NCBI GenBank assembly: GCA_951406725.2
Contig: OX597832.1
Span: forward strand, 7,688,001-7,752,000
Length of the DNA: 64,000 bases
Source of the DNA: Octopus vulgaris
Taxonomy: Eukaryota
Direction: 5' to 3'
The position numbers were made by a program, and so were the translations under genes. The notes beneath the pieces are model-generated. The model was not told where the DNA came from. It worked only from the letters and a program-made list of their open reading frames with translations, and made no database searches. Of this stretch, positions 56,027-64,000 are shown one piece after another (within the stretch, counting starts at the first letter, position 1; each line of letters opens with the position of its first letter).

Positions 56027-56491
56027 ACTGTTTATCGTAATTTCTATGTTCCTCTGAATATCATAACTATCGACAGTATATGTATGTACGTGTGTGTGAG
56101 TATATGTATATCATATCAAAAGTTGGGAGTCTATTCAGAGTTTCGCTATGGGCTACACATATAAAACAATGTTGTGTATGTGTTGGGTGAACAGTGTCTT
56201 CGAAAACTAATTCAAACTTGTGGAAATTATAACAGGAATTTATTCGTATTGTGAGTGTATAATTGGAGATGTGTATTTTCAAACCTTAATTCGATTGAAT
56301 TGCAATCAATAAATTTAATTGAAACTATTAGAGGCTGGTTAATTTATTGAGGATAACCTTTACACTTGTTCGAAAGAGAGGTCTTGATTGATATTATTTG
56401 AGATGTTAAATTTTGGAAATGGATAATTATTCTAGTTCAGAGGTCAAATTTCTACAAAACTGAGGTTAATTATCAATGTGAATTGGTGGAA

Positions 56492-56522
<31 letters not shown>

Positions 56523-57158
56523 CTATTCATCTATCTATCTATCAATCTATTTCCCCCTCTCTCTTTCTCTCCCCTTCTTGCCTCTCCCCCTCTCTCTTTA
56601 TCTCTCTCTCATATATTTAATTATATGTTCATACAAATATTTACCCATACACAAAACTCACACAGCCATATGCATACATATACATATAAAAGACACACAT
56701 ATATACAATCATACATACACATACAGTAACAATATTTGTGCATATCCAAGTGTATGTGTGTGTATGCGTGTGTGTGTGTATGTGTGTGTGTGTGTGTGTT
56801 TGTGTGTGTGCGTCTGTGTTTGTCAGAGAGAAAATTATGACGAATAAAAATTTGCTCTTTCGTATATTACACTTTATTACTTTATGCTACAGAGAAATAA
56901 AAACATTCGTTCCCACAAACATAATGTAATATAGACGTCTTCAAGGTCCTTTGTAGTTAAGCATTCCTTTGCACTTGGAACATCCAAATACAGTTCCAAT
57001 CAAACGGAATGCTGAAACGTAGGGAGGAACGCAATTAATATAAAGTTGAGTTTATTGTAAAATTCTCCAAATTTTGCCGAAGAATGTAGTATGTACTAAA
57101 CTTAATTTGAATTAAATTTTCAAAATTGATTTATTTAGTCTGTACATTAAAGGCGAAA

Positions 57159-57847
57159 TGAAGATCTACCAGGCATGTGTACTCAGCACTCTACTGTATG
57201 TAAGTGAGATCTGGACGCTATACACACGCCAAGAGCGTCGCCTAAACATCTTTCACCTGCGCTGCCTCCGAAAAATCCTCCGCATCAAATGGCAGAATCA
57301 TATCCCCAACAAAGATGTCCTCAGGCAAGCAGGAATACCAAGCATGTTTGCACTCCTCACACAAAGACGTATGAGATGGCTTGGGTATGTTAGCCGTATG
57401 AAAGATGGCAGAATCCCCAAGGACATACTCTACGGAGAGCTTGCTAGGGGTACAAGGTCTGTGGGTAGACCGATCTTACGTTACAAGGATGTTTGCAAAA
57501 GGGACATGAAGGCCTGCAACATCAATATTAGCGGTTGGGAGGCAGTTGCCCGCAACCGTGGAGAATGGCAACGTACAGTAAAAGAGGGAATACAAAAGAG
57601 TGACAGAGAGAGAGAGAGGAGAAATGGAAAGAAAGGAAGAGACGTAAACAAGAGACTATGGCACTACAACCAGCCAGGAACAGCCTTCGCTACATTTGCG
57701 GTACCTGCCAGAGGGAGTGTTTGTCCAGGATAGGACTACACAGCCACAGCAGGAAATGTATCAGGACATGAAATATAAAAGCCGGACTAGACTACTTCAT
57801 GCGCAACTCCATTGTCTCCCGAGACAGAAAGGATGCCAATACAATAC
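57159..57847 (+). mobile_element. 5'-truncated RTE-clade LINE with 10-bp TSD
   Basis: ORF 57158-57733 IYQACVLSTLLY.SE.W...FHLRCLRKIL...RIPK.ILYGEL...GRP.LRYKD; (caata)n tail; aaaggcgaaa at 57149-57158 and 57848-57857. Confidence 0.92.
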
Positions 57848-58067
57848 AAAGGCGAAAGTAGTCCTGTATTAACCAGGCTAACCTTAAAATAGATTTCAAT
57901 CATCTCGTCCGCCTAACACCGTTTCGGATTGAGGAAAACTATCGATGTTTTATTTAAACAATGATCATTCAACATGCATGGAGGAAAGGCTTTTTAACTG
58001 CTCTTCTCCCTCTCTTTATGTCTCTCTCTCCCACCTCTCTCTCCCATCTCTCTCTCTATATATATAC

Positions 58068-58283
58068 CCCACCACCGCTTGACGACTAGTTTTGGCTTGT
58101 TTACATCCCCGTAACTTAGCAGACTACTGTGATTGATTCGTTCGACTAAAACCCCCTCGACGCAGTACTCCAGCATGGACGCAGTCAAATAACTGAAACA
58201 AGTAAAAGAAAACAGATATTTACATACATACATGTATGCACAGATACATACATACATAGGACATACGTACATACATACATATA
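58068..58283 (+). mobile_element. SINE family A 3' part plus flank shared with 15741-16000
   Basis: The inverted match includes about 75 nt beyond the SINE tail. Confidence 0.75.
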
Positions 58284-58285
58284 TT

Positions 58286-58580
58286 ATGGCTGCCCCCTCG
58301 TTATAGAGTATGGCCATTGCACGAAGCTTAACTGTTATTGGTGCTGTGATCGAATGTGACTTTTCAGCCCAGCTAAAGATCTACAATGTCTTGTACAAAA
58401 TTGGCAACTAAAACCTTTACCGGTAATAGCCGGCTGTAGTTGTAACTGGGCTTCACGTACCTTTGCATGTCGTTTAAGTCCTCCTGCCGAATTACACTCT
58501 TTTCCACATGCCCGACAAATATGATTTGCCGTTATCGGCCCTAAGGCAAGTTAGAAGTGTGTTGAACTGTGAACGAAGTA
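58286..58580 (-). mobile_element. RTE-like LINE 3' end fragment
   Basis: Minus-strand ICRACGK...AGGLKRHAK zinc-finger-like remnant and tail ctataacgagggggcagcca. Confidence 0.5.
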
Positions 58581-58713
58581 GCAAGACTTCTTTCCCTTTA
58601 ACTATTTTTGAAATATATGTATATAAATAAATAACTATATATATGTGTGTGTGTGTGTGTTTGTGTGTGTATGTGTGTATGTGTGTATGTATGTATGTAT
58701 ATATGTATATATA

Positions 58714-58848
58714 GTCAATTCCCCAAAACACAGAGATAAAGAAAAGACAAACAAACGTTTGGATGTGCAGGAGCAATGTATTAGTAAGACGCTCAGGGAA
58801 GGAAAAGAGTAGAAGTTTTACATTTCGAGCATAGCTCTTCTTCGAAAA
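58714..58848 (-). mobile_element. PLE-like LTR remnant with degenerate hammerhead-like motif
   Basis: Minus strand TCGAAGA-A-gagc-tat-gctc-GAAA-tg-TA; shares tgtattagt...cgctcagg with 9925-10138. Confidence 0.5.
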
Positions 58849-58853
58849 TATAT

Positions 58854-58909
<56 letters not shown>

Positions 58910-59598
58910 CTGCGCGTCTTATCTATTAGGTATGTTTGCTTGTCGTATATGTAAATGTGTGGACATATATATATACAGAGAGGTTTAGACAGAGAGAGAG
59001 AGAAGGAGAGAGAGATAGAGAGACATACACATACACACACACACACACATATATATACACTTATCTTCCTTGTAAGAAATAATGATGTTACCAGCGATTT
59101 CATATTGCAGGAATGTTCTCTGAGATGATGTCCTTCTGATACATCTTGCAATTATATGAAAACACTAAACTTACCATAATTCAATTAGGAATCAATTACA
59201 TGCATGCACACAGACGCACACACACAAATATACACGCAAGCACACAACTACATATATACTGAAGGAGAGGGAGAGTTGGGGGAGAAATAGGTGAAGATAA
59301 AGAAAGGGCTGTGTAGAAAAGATTATTTCAGAAACCAATTTGATGTTTTTCCAAAATCAATTTTAACATTATTGATATACGTTCATAATTTAAGACTTCA
59401 GTGTCCGCACACAAAAATGCACATACGTTTCCATAAACGCACATATGAATATATTCCGAGGAATGCATATATATTTATAAAATTATATATATAAATACAT
59501 ATATATATATATACATATATTCCTTATCTTGTATATATATATATATAATTATAATCATATATATGCATGTATATATATATATATTTATATACATATAA

Positions 59599-59645
<47 letters not shown>

Positions 59646-59683
59646 CATATAAATATAAATGCATGTATATATAATTATATGAT

Positions 59684-59729
<46 letters not shown>

Positions 59730-60371
59730 AATACATTTAAATATAAATGCATGTATATATATAATTATATATATATATATATATATAAATATATATACAT
59801 ATATATATATATATGTATGAATATATAAGAGTTAATGATCGCATATCTGAATATTATGTGTGCCTACGCATGTGTATGAGAGATGGATAGATAGAGAGAG
59901 AGAGAGGGGGAGAGAGAGAAAGCCAGAAGGAAAGTGAGATTGGGAGAGAGGGACGGGGGAGAATTAGGAAAACGTAGACAAATACATAGATCGAGAAAGA
60001 AATGAAATGAAATGAAACGAAGCGTCGTATTTGAGAATGTATGAAATGTTTGAAAATGCTAAAATATACATAGGAGTGGGTGTTGGTGTGCATGCTTATA
60101 CGCACGCTCGTACGTACAAGGAGAGACCTCACGCACAACAACACACGTATGCTTATATGGTCGTGACTGACACAAATGGAAAAGAAAAACGTGTTAGAAA
60201 AATAAATTCTATCATATATACATATACGTGTGTGTATGTGTATGTGTTTGTGTGTGTGTGTGTGTAGACACAAAAATAAATGTGGGGTAACATATATATA
60301 CAATATATAATACAGGCATAATTCATTGTGTATTATATATGCATATAAATATCTATTAAATTTTGAATATC

Positions 60372-60447
<76 letters not shown>

Positions 60448-60592
60448 GTATGTATATGTTGTATACCATGTTTGTGCATAAAGGTATCTATTTTTCTGTT
60501 TGTTTATCTATCTATATATCTATCTATCTATCTATCTATCTATATATATATATTTAACTACCTAACTATCCAATTAATTATATGTCTATTAT

Positions 60593-60635
<43 letters not shown>

Positions 60636-60771
60636 CGAACATACGTATACACCTATACATACACCGCAAATATAGGTGCATATGTATATAGATATGTATA
60701 TGCGTATATATTTATATAGACATATTAATATTCATGTGTACAAATATATATTTGTATATTATACTTTCAAC

Positions 60772-60817
<46 letters not shown>

Positions 60818-62008
60818 GTGTATATTTGGTGTACCTGTAACTGTGTGTATGTATGTGCTCTGGTAAGCTTGTCCAGTACGCACGTGTACGCCAGTCTCTG
60901 AATATCTGCGAGCGCATCGGTGTTTATTTCGCTTGTATATGAGTTAGTGTGTGTGTGAGTGTGTGTGTGTATGTGTATTTCCGTGTGTGTAGCTGCACGC
61001 GCTCGCCCGTGTGTTTATATGCCTCTATCTTTGTGTCCAAATTTGGAACCAGTGAAATCTTGAAAAACGGACAGCTGATAGAAAGCAATCCAGACAAAGA
61101 CATTTCGCGTTGAATATAATGATTATTGACAGTCCGAAAATTAATGCATGTGTTACTGACAATTTTAGCTTTCCTCCGTTAGATAAAACGTTTTATAGAA
61201 AATGTGCATCATTTTCTTGCCTCATAGCGCCACTATTCAAGCTATATCTGATTCGATTCTGTAGGATTCTTTTGTGATTTGGTTAACATTAGATTTCTTC
61301 ATTTGAATCGTAAATGCGATGGCTCTATTTTTTCTTCTTTTCGTGGTAAAGAAGACACTAATACATCACTTATTTCGTGTCCTAAACTTCAGACGAGATT
61401 GTTTTTTTTATTTCCTTTACTTACATTTTTTTCGTAATTATTTCTTCAATCTTGTCATTTCTTTTTAATAAATATATATTTTATATTTTACGTCTTACAT
61501 TTTTTTTCAATTTTCATCGTGTCTAATATATCCTTTCTATCTCTCACACTTTCTATTACACAATCCAAATACGTCTATATAGTTTCATCTCATTATTTCA
61601 CTCTCCTTTTTCTAACTTCTCTTCATTTATACTTTCTCTCCACTATTTACTCCTCTTGTTTCTCTCTCTCCGCTTCTATGTATGTATACATGTATGTATT
61701 TATCTACCTATCTATCTGCCTATCTACATAGACACACACACACATACATCCACACATACATGCATATGTGTACGCATATGCATCACGCACGTACATAAAT
61801 AATAACATAATAACACTTTTTCTCTATCTTCTCCCAAAGTTTTTGCCTTTTTCTTCAACTCTCTGTCTCTCCTATATTTTTTCCCATTAATATGATTCGG
61901 TGCCGTTTTTAAATAAAAATCACATCTTGGTATCCTCTCAATTTTTGCGTCTTCGTGTGCGCGGGCTCACGTACATACACACGCGCGCTCGCACATATAT
62001 GCACGTTA

Positions 62009-62092
<84 letters not shown>

Positions 62093-62547
62093 TCCAACAT
62101 TGTGTACATATTCACAAACATGCATACATACACGCACGCCTGCGCACAAACTCACAGACACACACAAACATACATTCAACTCCCTATAATGCCGTTTCAT
62201 TAAAATCCTTTCTCTATCATATATTGTATTACCGTTGCTTTACATTTATTGGTTCTCTTTCTTCGTTTCATTCTTTCCTCATATTTCTCTCACCTCACTC
62301 TCTTTCCCACTCTTTTTCTCTCTTTCTGTCTGTCTGTCTCTCCCTCTCTCTTCGGGTCAACTTGGTCCTACCTTCACTTGTTTATTTTGCTTATTATTGT
62401 TGGCCACAGTTTTGGTTCTACATTTTATTTCTAGAGTTGCAATTCACTCAATATGTGTGTGTGTGTATTTTTATATATACATTCGTTTGTATCTGCCTAA
62501 CAATCTACCTACCTAAATATGTATGCATGTGTGTGTGTGTGTGTGTG

Positions 62548-62657
<110 letters not shown>

Positions 62658-63059
62658 CATCTATGGGTTCAAGGTGAATTCGTCTACAAGAATTTGTCTA
62701 CAACAATTTATCTACGGATAAAACTAGAGTGTGAGAGATACAGAGAGAGCTGTTTGCATTACACGAAGACTTAGAAACTTCTTTTTCTTAATGACCAAAC
62801 TATCACTATATGACAGTTTTTTTTCCTAAAGAGAATAATATGTATCAATAACAGTACAATTTTTCCAAGAGAAAACTGACTAAATTTCGGCACTCTGAAG
62901 CCCATACAATGTTTCTTTAATATATAGCGAAAGAGAAACGACAGAAAAAATAGTTCATGGTGGTTACTTATTCCATGAAAATCGAGAGAATAGAGCCTAG
63001 ACTTACAGTAAGTGTAATAAATATCACAAATATAAGTGCTGTGCTCATAAAAGTACATT

Positions 63060-64000
63060 AGAGGAAGAAATAACTAATCTTGTAAATGAACACAATCATA
63101 TATTATAGATACTGCGGAAGTTGAAGCTACAGAAACTGTTATAAAAATACGGCAGATGGCAAGAACTTCTAATGATACACCACAATCTATAATATCTAAT
63201 GCTTTCGAAGGTTGTAGTGAGGCTGCTCTGTCTAGGCTGCCGTTGACACAAAGTCTTAAAAGGACAGTACCTTTTATAAGGCAACAAAATCATACAGTTC
63301 CAGCCTTACCAAGGACTTGCAATGAATTAATTTTTCCTGGTGAATATACAAAATCCCTCAAAGGTGAAACATTCTTAATATACGATTCCGGTCAAAATGA
63401 TAAACGCATGCTAATTTTTGCTGTCAAACGCAACCTTCATTTACTTTCACAAAGTAATCAATGGTTTGCCGATGGTACATTCAAGACAGTTCCATTGTTG
63501 TTTAACCAACTGTATACTTAGCATGGTTTAAGAGAAAAAGCTTTAGCGCCGTTGGGGCTTGTGTTACTGCCCAACAAATGTGAAGAAACCGATAGTTTTT
63601 ACAGAAAATATAAAAAAATTTAGACCATTCTGTGCACCTTCAGGTGTAACGTAGACTTTGAAAAGGCGATGCAGAATGCATTCCGTAAGGAATTTCCAAA
63701 TGTGAAAATCAAGATATTCGCAGATATTCAGAGACTGGCGTACACGTGCGTACTGGACAAGCTTACCAGAGCACATACATACACACAGTTACAGGTACAC
63801 CAAATACACACACACGCACACACATAGACACACACACACAAATCAAGGGGTTGTTGTGTATTCCGTTCAGTTCAGAGAAATTGTCTCCAGAGATTATACG
63901 AAACGAATTCTGAATTTGCTTTGAGGATACGGATATTGTTAACCATAGCATTTGTTCCAGTTGAAAAAGTGGCCGAGTCATTTAAAATATTATACGATAA
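63060..64000 (+). pseudogene. MULE (Mutator-like) transposase remnant
   Basis: ORF 63156-63521 FLIYDSG...RMLIFA...WFADGTFKTVP..FNQLYT*HG, then DFEKAMQNAFRKEFPNVKI/KG. Confidence 0.9.

Overview
AT-rich, microsatellite-saturated eukaryotic genomic DNA. The SINE families and repeat style look like octopus/cephalopod; this is an inference from recall, not a search. I found no host protein-coding gene, tRNA, rRNA or CRISPR array, and almost all ORFs in the track are microsatellite artefacts. The window is a nest of mobile elements: at least five tRNA-derived SINE families, two non-autonomous Helitrons, four mariner remnants, a 2.7 kb hATm-like transposon, a MULE transposase remnant, an internally deleted Gypsy element, a probable solo LTR, RTE and R4/Dong-like LINE fragments and many Penelope-like (PLE) pieces. 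The most striking structure is at 37785-38637: a near-perfect 853 bp snap-back palindrome with a 1-nt centre, inserted in (TA)n, whose two arms each carry an apparently intact type I hammerhead ribozyme facing outward. A third intact-looking hammerhead lies at 21281-21371 (minus strand), and about seven degenerate ones lie mostly in small (TA)n-embedded elements. A MULE transposase at 63714-63839 is interrupted by an inverted copy of local sequence from 2.9 kb upstream, flanked by an 8-bp duplication. All calls were made by eye, and coordinates of degenerate elements are approximate.
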